Source: Shigella phage SP18
Sequence record: GQ981382
Reading direction: 5' to 3' (one strand)
Length of the DNA: 64,000 nt
Positions 40,953 through 50,559 of the stretch are shown piece after piece. Numbering within the stretch: the first letter of the stretch is position 1; each line of letters opens with the position of its first letter. Under the pieces are notes generated by a model that saw nothing but the letters and a program-made list of their open reading frames with translations, did not search any database and was not told the origin of the DNA. Position numbers and translations under genes: made by a program.

Positions 40953-41864
40953 TTAAAGGCCAGCCAGAAGGTCGTCAAGACCATCATCAGAAGGCTCTGG
41001 AGTGCTTGGAGCAGTCGCAGTGCGTTCAGACTTAGCAGGTTTGCTGGAAGTGAAGTCTTCCATATCTTTATCGAAATCGTCCAGGTCAGCGCCCAGTTTA
41101 TCAGCTTGTGCAGCGGCTTTAGAAGCAGCCCCGCCAAGAGCAGCCGTACCCATTACTTTAGAGAATTTCTTCTGATTCTCTTCAAGGGATTTAAATACCA
41201 GCAATTCATTCAGGTCAGACATTTCGTCCCAAAGTTTTTTCTGGAATGCTTCATCATTGATACCAGCGATTTCAGACTGGTTCATGAATTTGGAATCATC
41301 GTAGTTTTTATAACCGGAAACCAGTTTGGATTTCAGTACAAAGTTTGCACCTTCAAAAGGACAAGTTACATCAATAGCTGTTTCGCCCATGTCAACATCG
41401 ACTTCAACCATCTGGTTAATTTTGTCCATGATTTTCTTGCCGAAGCGATATTTGAATACTTGACCTTCGTTAGACGGAACAGCAGGGTCTTTAATGACCA
41501 GGATGTTAGCCCAGTAAGAAGTATTACGCTTCAGTTTACGATATTCGGATTCGTTTGTGTTGTACAGGTCATTCTTGTTCATGTACGCACACACAGGGCA
41601 GTTTTCATAATCGCCGTGGGTAGAAGTACAGTTTTCAATATACCATTGACCGCCATTTTTAAAGCCGTGGTTAACGAGCTTGATGAACGGAGATGGATTT
41701 TCTTCATTCTTGGAAGGCAGGAAACGAATAACCGCAGAACCGACGCCATCAGTATCTTTCAGTTTCCATTCTTTTTTATCGTCAGAAGAGAAACCAGAAC
41801 CACCTTTCAGAGCGTTAAGGGAAGCAGCCAGGTCAGCAGGGTTTTTACGTTTAAACATAGACAT
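40953..41864 (-). CDS. 32: single-stranded DNA-binding protein gp32
   Basis: 303 aa; [13 protein letters not shown], zinc-site C.STHGDY..CPVC; acidic C-terminal tail; colinear with T4 gp32. Confidence 0.94.
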   Translation of the reverse strand: MSMFKRKNPADLAASLNALKGGSGFSSDDKKEWKLKDTDGVGSAVIRFLPSKNEENPSPFIKLVNHGFKNGGQWYIENCTSTHGDYENCPVCAYMNKNDLYNTNESEYRKLKRNTSYWANILVIKDPAVPSNEGQVFKYRFGKKIMDKINQMVEVDVDMGETAIDVTCPFEGANFVLKSKLVSGYKNYDDSKFMNQSEIAGINDEAFQKKLWDEMSDLNELLVFKSLEENQKKFSKVMGTAALGGAASKAAAQADKLGADLDDFDKDMEDFTSSKPAKSERTATAPSTPEPSDDGLDDLLAGL

Positions 41865-41913
41865 ATGATTTTCCTTAGATTATTTGATTTTTAGCAGTTG
41901 TTTTGATTACGTA

Positions 41914-42552
41914 TTAATTATACTTCAAAGTGATTGAAGCGATAAACTTTTGAAATTCAGAATCAAGATGGGGATTCCATCCTAATTTGAATTTATTTAT
42001 AATGGAAATACCGGTCGTGTGTGTACACGGTAAACCAGTTTCTCTTGCCATAATAACTGGACCAAGTCTGGAAGTTCTATGCGGTCCTATATACCAGTCA
42101 TAATATATTCCAGCATTTAACCAAACTAAATGAGCACCTTTAGCTATTGTATTAGGATGTTCCCAAGGCAATAAACCTTTAAGGTGAGAATTTAATTTCA
42201 TATTTATTTTATGTGATTCTGATTTTGGTTTACCTTTTAATGAAGACTTAAAGGTTCCACGAGCACTCGCCTTATTGAAAAACAATGGCGATTTAACCAC
42301 ATTATAGTGTTGATGGTAAAACTCTTCTTCTGACAACACATCGTCACACACATGCAGAATTTTAACGGTTGGTTTTTCAGACAATGCCTCAATAAAACGA
42401 GATTGTTTGCATGAAGACCAGTATTCTTTATTATGTGAATCAATTATAACACCATTTTCAAAAGCACAATTATGCTTTGACCCAATGTAAAAATAAGGAG
42501 GCGTTTTATTTTTCAGACGAGTTTCAAATGTAAACCAATATACAACATTCAA
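41914..42552 (-). CDS. GIY-YIG homing endonuclease (SegG-like) between genes 32 and 59
   Basis: 212 aa; N-terminal VVYWFTFETRLKNKTPPYFYIGSK GIY-(x)-YIG motif; same intergenic position as T4 segG. Confidence 0.7.
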   Translation of the reverse strand: MNVVYWFTFETRLKNKTPPYFYIGSKHNCAFENGVIIDSHNKEYWSSCKQSRFIEALSEKPTVKILHVCDDVLSEEEFYHQHYNVVKSPLFFNKASARGTFKSSLKGKPKSESHKINMKLNSHLKGLLPWEHPNTIAKGAHLVWLNAGIYYDWYIGPHRTSRLGPVIMARETGLPCTHTTGISIINKFKLGWNPHLDSEFQKFIASITLKYN

Positions 42553-43202
42553 AACTTACACCCTTTAACAGTCTCGATGAACAATTTACGGGCTTCAAGA
42601 GAATCGATATTTAAGATTTTCTTATAAGCATTTAGTTTAGTTGAATACTTTTCCCAAACCAAGTCGTTAGTCTGTTCATCATGTTGGTCTATTATACCTA
42701 AAAATGAATCAAGCAAACAAAACGTTTCAAATGAAATAACATTCGATTGGAGAAGTTTGAAAATATAACTTGTATTCACTTTAGTATTATACTCGAAAAT
42801 CTCTTGAAGCGATTTGACTTCGACTTTCTTACTGAAGTAATAGATATTCTTTATATCATCTTCGTATACTTGTTTAATTCTTTTAAGTCTGCCAATGTAT
42901 TCACGATAAAATATCAGAGCATCAGCATCACTTATATCGCCTATCCATGCATCCTGGTTTGCAACCAGGTTTGACATGAATATTAACGTTAATTCTTTAA
43001 GAGTGTACTTATCGCTAAGCTTTTCGAAAAAATACTTATCGCGACGTTTTTGATAAGCACTATCGGAGATTCGCATGGTCCAGTTATATTTGATAATATC
43101 ATAACGACCCGAAAAATGCTGTTTGATGGATAAGTACAGTTGGTATACTGATTTACCATTTATGTATCGGTTGTTATTTGGAGGCATGCGAATCGTAATC
43201 AT
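42549..43202 (-). CDS. 59: helicase loader gp59
   Basis: 217 aa; GKSVY.LYL.IKQH..G.YD.IKYNW.MR.SD.AYQKRRDKYFF.KLS.KY.LKEL colinear with T4 gp59. Confidence 0.93.
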   Translation of the reverse strand: MITIRMPPNNNRYINGKSVYQLYLSIKQHFSGRYDIIKYNWTMRISDSAYQKRRDKYFFEKLSDKYTLKELTLIFMSNLVANQDAWIGDISDADALIFYREYIGRLKRIKQVYEDDIKNIYYFSKKVEVKSLQEIFEYNTKVNTSYIFKLLQSNVISFETFCLLDSFLGIIDQHDEQTNDLVWEKYSTKLNAYKKILNIDSLEARKLFIETVKGCKF

Positions 43203-43492
43203 AACAAAAAGTCCAGCGTATTAGTTTTCTGTGTACGAGACATACTCGGACGAAGCAGGTTATCATCATATGCTTCATTCATAATCTTATCGACGATTCC
43301 CGCAGGGATATATCGCGCAAAATTACCTTCAGGAATTCCACGTTCTTCCAACCAGGCAGTTGTAGCTTCCAGATAAGACATTTCGGTTGACTCAACCATG
43401 GCTTCAATATCAAGCCCGTTTTGCTGCTTACTAATCGCCCCGGAAGGCGATTCAGTTTTCTGTGTATCAAAATTAACTAAAGAGGACATCAT
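43199..43492 (-). CDS. 33: late transcription coactivator gp33
   Basis: MSYLEATTAWLEE..IPE..FA..IP.GI..KI..EA.D.NLLRPS.....KNTLDFLL matches the T4 gp33 C-terminus; start taken at the ATG with a GGAG Shine-Dalgarno; overlaps the dsbA 3' end. Confidence 0.75.
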   Translation of the reverse strand: MMSSLVNFDTQKTESPSGAISKQQNGLDIEAMVESTEMSYLEATTAWLEERGIPEGNFARYIPAGIVDKIMNEAYDDNLLRPSMSRTQKTNTLDFLL

Positions 43493-43727
43493 AGAGCTCC
43501 ACAGCTTCGGTTTTTTCATCTTCAAAACGCTCACGGGTGCCTTTATGATACAGACCGAGCTGTGTATTGAACATCTTACCGTCAACGCCTAATTCGGTTT
43601 TTGCCTTGTCTTTAAGGTCTTTAATTTCGTCTGCATATGCTTCCATTTTTAATTTGGTATCGGAAGCAGCTTTAATCAGCTTGGCCAGTTCAGCACCATG
43701 AGTATCAGGACAAAATTCAACTTTCAC
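43473..43727 (-). CDS. dsbA: late-promoter dsDNA-binding protein DsbA
   Basis: KVEFCPDT.GAELAKLIKAASDTK.KMEAYADEIK.L.DK.KTELG.DGKMFN matches T4 DsbA; apparent GTG start (see findings). Confidence 0.8.
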   Translation of the reverse strand: MKVEFCPDTHGAELAKLIKAASDTKLKMEAYADEIKDLKDKAKTELGVDGKMFNTQLGLYHKGTRERFEDEKTEAVELYDVLFS

Positions 43728-43751
43728 TTTTTTCTTCTTTCATAATATACC

Positions 43752-44696
43752 TTAATAAAATTCAGCAATGTTTGCAGTTAGTTTAGACAGACCAGACTTA
43801 ACAAAGTAAGGATAAACTTTACTTTTGGCCGGGATGACGTAGTTATTATATCGTTCTAAAATTGAAGCGGATATTTCCGTTGGGATAAAGTCCATATCAA
43901 TCAACAATTGGTTTTCACAGAATCTATTATATTGCTCTTCTGTTAAAAGCGTTTTCAGCACGTCATGGTCGTAATAGTTGAGCGCAATTTGTTCAAGCTC
44001 GGCTGCACGTGTCGGTGGAGTGCGTTCACCCTCTTCGTGAGTGTAATAAAAATCACCACGAACCTTGATGCTCGACACGTTATCTTTTTTGTCACCTTTA
44101 ACAACCTTTGTCACGCAATCCATAAGGGCATCGCCTGATTTAGTTTTGACATATTTTTTCTGCATCGGGGACCATTGTTTCACCCCAGGGAATTTATGCA
44201 ACTGTGTAAAGTCACCATCCGAAGAAACAATCATAACCGGATGTCCGAGACCAGTGAGCAACTTCGTTAATACTGCAATATGGTCATCAGCCTCGACTTT
44301 ATCCATATTCATCACGATGTAAGGCATGTGTTTTTCCATTTCATCGATAATGATGTGCATGGCAGCATGTAGGCCTTCCCAATCGAATTGAGACTCTTCA
44401 CGAGCTTTCGCACGGTTTTTCTTATAATAATAAGATTTTGTGCGGCGCCAATAGCCATTCTTCGAGTTATCAACACAAATAATTGGAATCGTATAACCGA
44501 GCTTCTTGAACTGCACAATATTTTTTCTGATGGAGTTCAGAACCAGGTGTCTGGTCATTGCAGTTGTTACCTTCGGAAAGCCTGCGTCTTTGCCGAATTC
44601 CTGGAAGGCTGCAGCCATGATGAGCTGACTAAAATCGAGTAACTGAAAACCATCTTTTTGACGGTCTTCTTCAGGGAGTAAAAAATCTAAATTCAT
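43752..44696 (-). CDS. rnh: RNase H (5'-3' exonuclease / flap endonuclease)
   Basis: 314 aa; YWRR..YYKKNR.KAREES.WDWEG, SSDGDFTQLHK..VKQWSP, GDKKDNV.S.KVR colinear with T4 RNase H. Confidence 0.93.
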   Translation of the reverse strand: MNLDFLLPEEDRQKDGFQLLDFSQLIMAAAFQEFGKDAGFPKVTTAMTRHLVLNSIRKNIVQFKKLGYTIPIICVDNSKNGYWRRTKSYYYKKNRAKAREESQFDWEGLHAAMHIIIDEMEKHMPYIVMNMDKVEADDHIAVLTKLLTGLGHPVMIVSSDGDFTQLHKFPGVKQWSPMQKKYVKTKSGDALMDCVTKVVKGDKKDNVSSIKVRGDFYYTHEEGERTPPTRAAELEQIALNYYDHDVLKTLLTEEQYNRFCENQLLIDMDFIPTEISASILERYNNYVIPAKSKVYPYFVKSGLSKLTANIAEFY

Positions 44697-44754
44697 ATGA
44701 ACCTCTGTTCAATTAGTTGACTCGATTATATTAGCATAAAATTTTTAAAGCAAT

Positions 44755-44762
44755 ATAAATAC
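44755..44762 (+). promoter_or_regulatory. late promoter TATAAATA upstream of gene 34
   Basis: Exact late consensus about 30 nt before the gp34 ATG, at the strand switch. Confidence 0.65.
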
Positions 44763-44791
44763 ACGTATACCAATCAATAAGGATAAAGCAC

Positions 44792-47700
44792 ATGGCCGAT
44801 ATTTTAAAACCAGCATTCAGAGCAACATCCGGTCTCGATGCTGCTGGTGAGAAAGTCATTAATGTCGCAAAAGCTGATTACTCAGTTTTATCAGACGGCG
44901 TTAACGTAGATTTCTTTATAGAAGAAAACACAGTTCAACAATATGATGCGACACGAGGATACAAAAAGAACTTTGCCGTTATTAACGATAACCGTATTTG
45001 GGTTGCTCAACGTGATATCGCGGCTCCGGCAGGGACATTTACCCCTCAGTATTGGTTAGCAACCCGTACTGACCCGAAATGGGAAACTGTTGCATCTCCA
45101 ACTCGTCAGCTTAGCTCGGGTGAATTTATCGCGGTCGACTCAGCTGCAAGCTTTACCACATTTACATTGCCTCCAAACCCGACTGATGGTGATACCATCG
45201 TTATTAAAGATATCGGTGGCAATACCGGTTATAATGAAATCAAAGTTCAATCGAGCAATGTACCTGGTCAAGGTAACCAAAAGATTGTTCGTTTCGGTAA
45301 CCAATTTACTGAAATATTAATCAGTAAGCCGTTCTCTTACAACATGCTTATTTTCTCCAACCGCTTATGGCAGTTCTGGGAAGCAGGTAACGAAGAACGC
45401 GGAATAAGAATTGAACCAAGCTCTGGCAAATATCGTGCACAGGCAGCAGACTTTATTATGCGCCATTACACGACCGCAGAGAAAATTACATTTGTTCTTC
45501 CTAAGTATGCTAACCAAGGCGATATTGTCAAATCAGTAGATATAGATGGATTAGGGCCATTATACCACCTGGATGTTGAAACGTTTGACGAGTCAAGTTC
45601 TCTGGGTAAACAAGGCCAACACAGTATGGAATTCCGTACTACTGGTGATGGTTTCTTCGTTTATAATGCCACCGAAAAATTGTGGGTGACCTGGGACGGT
45701 GATAATAAAACTCGTTTGCGTGTAATTCGTGACAATGTAAAATTGTTACCAAACGAAAGTATTATCGTGTTCGGTAATGATAACAACACCTCACAGACAA
45801 TTAACATCGACCTTCCGACGGGTGTTCGTCCTGGTGATGTTGTTAAGATTGCTCTGAACTATCTCCGCAAGGCACAGACTGTTAATATTAAAGCTTCGGC
45901 TACTGATAAAATTGCATCTTCTGTTCAGCTGCTTCAGTTCCCGAAACGTTCGGAATATCCACCTGACACTGAATGGGTATTTGTTGACTCTTTGACTTTC
46001 AATGGTAATATAAGTTATACTCCGGTTATTGAATTAAGTTACATGGAAGATACGGTTAATAACGTTAACTACTGGGTTGTTGCTCAGAACGTTCCGACTA
46101 TTGAGCGTGTTGACTCGAAGGATGATTTGACCCGTGCTCGTCTGGGTGTTATTGCATTGGCTAACCAGGCTCAGGCTAACGTTGACCATGAAAATAACCC
46201 TGAAAAAGAATTAGCAATTACCCCGCAGACTTTAGCTAACCGTGTGGCTACTGAATCACGTCGTGGTATTGCACGAATTGCTAACACTGCACAGGTGAAC
46301 CAGGATACGACTTTTGCTTTCCAGGATGACATCATCATCTCTCCGAAAAAGTTAAACGAACGTACAGCTACAGAAACAAGACGTGGGCTCGCAGAAATTG
46401 CCACACAGCAAGAAACTGATGCAGGCACTGATGATACTACCATCATCACTCCGCGCAAGCTACAAGCTCGTCAGGGCTCCGAAAGCTTATCTGGTATCGT
46501 TAAGTATGTTCCTACTACCGGGACTACTCCAGCAGCAAGCCGTATAACGGTTGGGACAAACGTTTATAATAAAAATACAACCACTCTGGTAATTTCTCCG
46601 AAAGCTTTGGACCAATATAAAGCTGACCAGAATAACCAAGGTGCTGTATATCTGGCTACTCAGTCAGAAGTTAACGCGGGTGCAACAAATACAGGATTCA
46701 GTAACTCGGTCGTGACTCCGGAAACATTAGGCGCACGCAGAGCAACAGATTCAAACCATGGTTTAATCGAGATTGCAACTCAGGTTGAAACTAATGCAGG
46801 AACCGATTATACCAGAGCTGTGACTCCTAAAACGTTAAATGACCGTAAAGCAACAGAATCATTATCCGGCATAGCCGAGATTGCTACGCAATCAGAATTT
46901 GATACTGGCACTGATGATACTCGTATCGCAACGCCATTAAAAATTAAAACTAGACTTAATAATACTGCTCGTACTTCTGTTATTGCAGCAAGTGGTTTAG
47001 TAGAAACAGGGACGCTCTGGGACCATTATACGCTGAATATTCTTGAAGCAAATGAGACTCAACGTGGCACCGCACGACTGGCAACTCAACTTGAAGTTAA
47101 TACCGGCACCGACGACAAAACAATCGTTACTCCGCTTAAGTTGATGTCGAAAAAAGCCACAGAAGGCACCGAAGGTATAGTTCGCATCGCTACTCGCGCA
47201 GAAACTATCGCAGGAACAAGTTCGATTCTGGCTGTTTCTCCTGTTAGTCTGAAATGGATTGCACAGTCCGAACCAACATGGGCGGCAACCACGACGACCC
47301 GCGGCTTTGCTAAGATGTCTGAAGGCGCAATTACTTTTGTCGGTAATGCAACTGCAGGTTCGACCCAGGCTCTTGACCTGTACGAGAAAAATAGCTATGC
47401 TATCTCTCCGTATGAGTTAAACAAAACCCTTGGTAACTTCCTGCCGCGTCTGGCTAAAGCAGCAGACTCGGATAAACTGGATAACCTGGATAGTACACAG
47501 TTCGTCAGGAGAGATATTGACCAGACAGTTGAAGGAACATTAACCCTTCGTAAAAACATCAGAATCGATGGCCAGTTAACTACAGGTGGTACAGGTGAGT
47601 TTGGTGGTTCTTTAGCTGCTAATTCTACATTTACTATTCGTAATACAGGTGCTTCAACTCGTTTGATATTTGAAAAAGGACCACAAACTGGAAATAACCC

Positions 47701-48691
47701 GTTTCAAACCATGAATATCCGAGTATGGGGTAACCAATTCGCTGGTGGTTCTGATACAAGTCGTTCTACGATATTTGAAGTTGGCGATGAAACATCCAAC
47801 CATTTTTATTCTCAACGGAATAATCTTGGTAATATTACTTTTAGTATCAACGGCACAGTTCAACCGATTAACGTTAATGCATCCGGAACATTGAATGCTA
47901 ATGGGGTGGCAACATTTGGACGTTCAGTGACCGCACAGGGTGAATTTATAACCTATAGTGCAAACGCATTTAGAGCTATTAATGGACAGTATGGGTTCTT
48001 TATTCGTAATGATAACTCGAACATCTATTTCATGCTTACAAATGCAAATGACCAGACTGGTGGCTTTAACGGATTAAGACCATTAGCTATTAGTAATACA
48101 TCTGGCCAAGTAACGATTGGTGAAAGCTTAATCATTGCCAAAGGTGCTACTATAAATTTGGGTGGTTTAACGGTTAATTCAAGAATTCGTTCACAAGGTA
48201 CTAAACCTGCTGACCTTTATTCGAGAAAACCTAATGCCGATAATACAGGCTTCTGGTCCGTTGAAGTTAATGATTCAGCTACATATAATCAGTTCCCGGG
48301 TTATTTCAAAATGGTCGAAAAGACTAACGAAGTAACTGGTCTGCCTTATTTGGAGCGTGGTGAAGAAGTTAAATCACCTGGCACATTGACTCAGTTTGGT
48401 AACACGCTGAATTCACTCTATCAAGACTGGATTACTTATCCGAATACTGCTAATGCAAGCACCACTCGTTGGACTCGTACATGGCAGCAGAACAAAAACG
48501 CATGGTCTGGTTTTGTTCAGGTCTTTGATGGTGGCAACCCACCTCAGCCGTCGGATATTGGTGCATTGCCTGCTGATAATGCTTCGATGAGTAACCTGAC
48601 TATCAGGGATTGGTTAAGAATCGGTAACGTACGCATTGTTCCAGACCCAGTAACCAAATCCGTTAAATTTGAATGGATTGATACACCATAA
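44792..48691 (+). CDS. 34: long tail fibre proximal subunit gp34
   Basis: 1299 aa; extensive colinearity with T4 gp34 (e.g. RARLGVIALA.QAQANVD.EN.P.KELAITP.TLANR.ATE.RRGIARIA). Confidence 0.95.
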   Translation: MADILKPAFRATSGLDAAGEKVINVAKADYSVLSDGVNVDFFIEENTVQQYDATRGYKKNFAVINDNRIWVAQRDIAAPAGTFTPQYWLATRTDPKWETVASPTRQLSSGEFIAVDSAASFTTFTLPPNPTDGDTIVIKDIGGNTGYNEIKVQSSNVPGQGNQKIVRFGNQFTEILISKPFSYNMLIFSNRLWQFWEAGNEERGIRIEPSSGKYRAQAADFIMRHYTTAEKITFVLPKYANQGDIVKSVDIDGLGPLYHLDVETFDESSSLGKQGQHSMEFRTTGDGFFVYNATEKLWVTWDGDNKTRLRVIRDNVKLLPNESIIVFGNDNNTSQTINIDLPTGVRPGDVVKIALNYLRKAQTVNIKASATDKIASSVQLLQFPKRSEYPPDTEWVFVDSLTFNGNISYTPVIELSYMEDTVNNVNYWVVAQNVPTIERVDSKDDLTRARLGVIALANQAQANVDHENNPEKELAITPQTLANRVATESRRGIARIANTAQVNQDTTFAFQDDIIISPKKLNERTATETRRGLAEIATQQETDAGTDDTTIITPRKLQARQGSESLSGIVKYVPTTGTTPAASRITVGTNVYNKNTTTLVISPKALDQYKADQNNQGAVYLATQSEVNAGATNTGFSNSVVTPETLGARRATDSNHGLIEIATQVETNAGTDYTRAVTPKTLNDRKATESLSGIAEIATQSEFDTGTDDTRIATPLKIKTRLNNTARTSVIAASGLVETGTLWDHYTLNILEANETQRGTARLATQLEVNTGTDDKTIVTPLKLMSKKATEGTEGIVRIATRAETIAGTSSILAVSPVSLKWIAQSEPTWAATTTTRGFAKMSEGAITFVGNATAGSTQALDLYEKNSYAISPYELNKTLGNFLPRLAKAADSDKLDNLDSTQFVRRDIDQTVEGTLTLRKNIRIDGQLTTGGTGEFGGSLAANSTFTIRNTGASTRLIFEKGPQTGNNPFQTMNIRVWGNQFAGGSDTSRSTIFEVGDETSNHFYSQRNNLGNITFSINGTVQPINVNASGTLNANGVATFGRSVTAQGEFITYSANAFRAINGQYGFFIRNDNSNIYFMLTNANDQTGGFNGLRPLAISNTSGQVTIGESLIIAKGATINLGGLTVNSRIRSQGTKPADLYSRKPNADNTGFWSVEVNDSATYNQFPGYFKMVEKTNEVTGLPYLERGEEVKSPGTLTQFGNTLNSLYQDWITYPNTANASTTRWTRTWQQNKNAWSGFVQVFDGGNPPQPSDIGALPADNASMSNLTIRDWLRIGNVRIVPDPVTKSVKFEWIDTP

Positions 48692-48699
48692 GAGGTATT

Positions 48700-49836
48700 A
48701 TGGAAAGATTTATGGCTGAATTTGGACAGGGATACGTCCAAGTTCCCGTGCTTTCTGAAAATAACGCAGTAAGATATAAATTGTCGATTGCTGGGACTTG
48801 TACCAAATCGCCAAACTATCCCTACGTTAAGTTTCAAGATGAGGCCTTCGGGCCTCAGGACTTCCAGAATGGATTAAACCTTATTGAGATTGACCCAGTA
48901 ACAAATACAATTACCGCCACCAAAAACTATGGCTTCACGAAAGACTATGACGTCATTTCACAGGCCTTTGTGACTTATATTAATTCCATCCCGGCTGGTA
49001 GGATTGTTTGTTTGATATCACAGGGGAAATTGAATGCTTCCCAAACTTTAATTGATTGGTTCAGAACACATGGCTCGACTGCATTTCCGGATAAGTGGTT
49101 GATTGACCAAGTTGATACTTCGTATTCGGCTTTTTATATCTCTGGTCGAAATGCAATCGTTAAAGAGCATGTGTTGTATAATGACGGGGTAACTGTTGAG
49201 GATGTATTGACTCCATTGGAAATGGTGTATGACGACTTTGCTGATGTAGGCGGCACAGGGTTCCCTCTGCGCATCGTGGAAGACGAAAACACATATTACA
49301 GTAATAGTACACAAGAAATAAAACGTTTCCCCACAGACTCTCCTATCACTCCTGCGGTCGATTATAATATGGCACCTGGAGATACTTTTTACCTGAAGTT
49401 TCAGCTGACATATGACCAGGCACTTAAAGACCTTGGAACAACTCAGATGTCTGTTCGATTCTTTAATGGACAGACGATGATTCAGTCAAACGATTATGAT
49501 ATCCCATCTACAGGACAAGCAAGCCCACCGGCTGGTGCATGGATGACGTTTGAACGTTATGTAGTTGTTCCACCGAATGCTGATGGATTTACACTGTACG
49601 CAAGGAAGACCGCTGCTGCAGGGCAAGGTGGAGTAAGGAATATTTTCTTTACAGAAATCGCCCGACAAGAAACACAAGCTAAATCTGCAGAAATCGGTGT
49701 CAACGGCATAAGAATGGTTGTAGCTGGAGAACCAGGAAATCTTGGTAATGTCATTGCACAATTGAATGATAAAAATGCGACAAGGTCCAGTCAATCTGGA
49801 TTTGTATTTGCAGCGGAATTCCGTGAAAAAGAATAA
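48700..49836 (+). CDS. 35: long tail fibre hinge connector gp35
   Basis: 378 aa, immediately after gp34; synteny and size. Confidence 0.85.
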   Translation: MERFMAEFGQGYVQVPVLSENNAVRYKLSIAGTCTKSPNYPYVKFQDEAFGPQDFQNGLNLIEIDPVTNTITATKNYGFTKDYDVISQAFVTYINSIPAGRIVCLISQGKLNASQTLIDWFRTHGSTAFPDKWLIDQVDTSYSAFYISGRNAIVKEHVLYNDGVTVEDVLTPLEMVYDDFADVGGTGFPLRIVEDENTYYSNSTQEIKRFPTDSPITPAVDYNMAPGDTFYLKFQLTYDQALKDLGTTQMSVRFFNGQTMIQSNDYDIPSTGQASPPAGAWMTFERYVVVPPNADGFTLYARKTAAAGQGGVRNIFFTEIARQETQAKSAEIGVNGIRMVVAGEPGNLGNVIAQLNDKNATRSSQSGFVFAAEFREKE

Positions 49837-49856
49837 GGACCTTCGGGTCCTTTTTC
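49836..49856 (+). terminator. terminator hairpin (AAGGACCTTCGGGTCCTT) plus T5 after gene 35
   Basis: GC stem with TTCG loop and T-run. Confidence 0.7.
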
Positions 49857-49858
49857 AT

Positions 49859-49866
49859 TATAAATA
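49859..49866 (+). promoter_or_regulatory. late promoter TATAAATA upstream of gene 36
   Basis: cattaTAAATActcttatctaataAAGGGGAataatATG. Confidence 0.6.
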
Positions 49867-49891
49867 CTCTTATCTAATAAAGGGGAATAAT

Positions 49892-50551
49892 ATGGCCGAT
49901 TTAAGAGTAGGCTCAACGACTGGTGGGTCAGTTATCTGGCACCAGGGTAACTTTCCGTTGACGCCCGTAAGCAATGATTTATTTTACAAAACATATAAAG
50001 TATATACAGAATTCAATAAACCGCAAGCAGCAGATAACGACTTTGTTTCTAAAGCAGCAGGTGGGACATATTTAAACACTGTAGGGTTTGATAAAGATTT
50101 ACAGTTTAAAGACACTGATGGGTATTGGGTTAAATTAGGACGTAAAGTAAACAACTCCCCGATGTCTGCTACATATTCTTTCTCATTTAGAATGAGCAAA
50201 GGTATGGGTCTTGAGACATCGGATGGTACACCGTTTGTAATTTTCGACCCGACTACTGTTATAGGTGCAAACCGTCTTACTGTAATGGGTGATATCCTTG
50301 GTCGTCAAATTAAAGACGAATCAGGTCGAGTGTTTTCTCCAGGGAATACTCCGTCAAAAGCACAAGTTGGATTAAGTGATGTGGATAACGCAAAACAGGT
50401 CCAAATAAATAATAGTAACATACAATCTATGGCTGGCGTTCTTTCAGCCCCGAATTTCATATCTAGGAACCCAGGAACATTGAACGAACACGTTCCTCGT
50501 ATTGACCAGGTTGTTCTTAGAGGCACATCTGAAGATTTTGGATATTATTAA
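49892..50551 (+). CDS. 36: long tail fibre distal connector gp36
   Basis: [23 protein letters not shown]...[14 protein letters not shown] matches the T4 gp36 N-terminus; start at the ATG with AAGGGGA. Confidence 0.9.
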   Translation: MADLRVGSTTGGSVIWHQGNFPLTPVSNDLFYKTYKVYTEFNKPQAADNDFVSKAAGGTYLNTVGFDKDLQFKDTDGYWVKLGRKVNNSPMSATYSFSFRMSKGMGLETSDGTPFVIFDPTTVIGANRLTVMGDILGRQIKDESGRVFSPGNTPSKAQVGLSDVDNAKQVQINNSNIQSMAGVLSAPNFISRNPGTLNEHVPRIDQVVLRGTSEDFGYY

Positions 50552-50559
50552 GAGGCATT

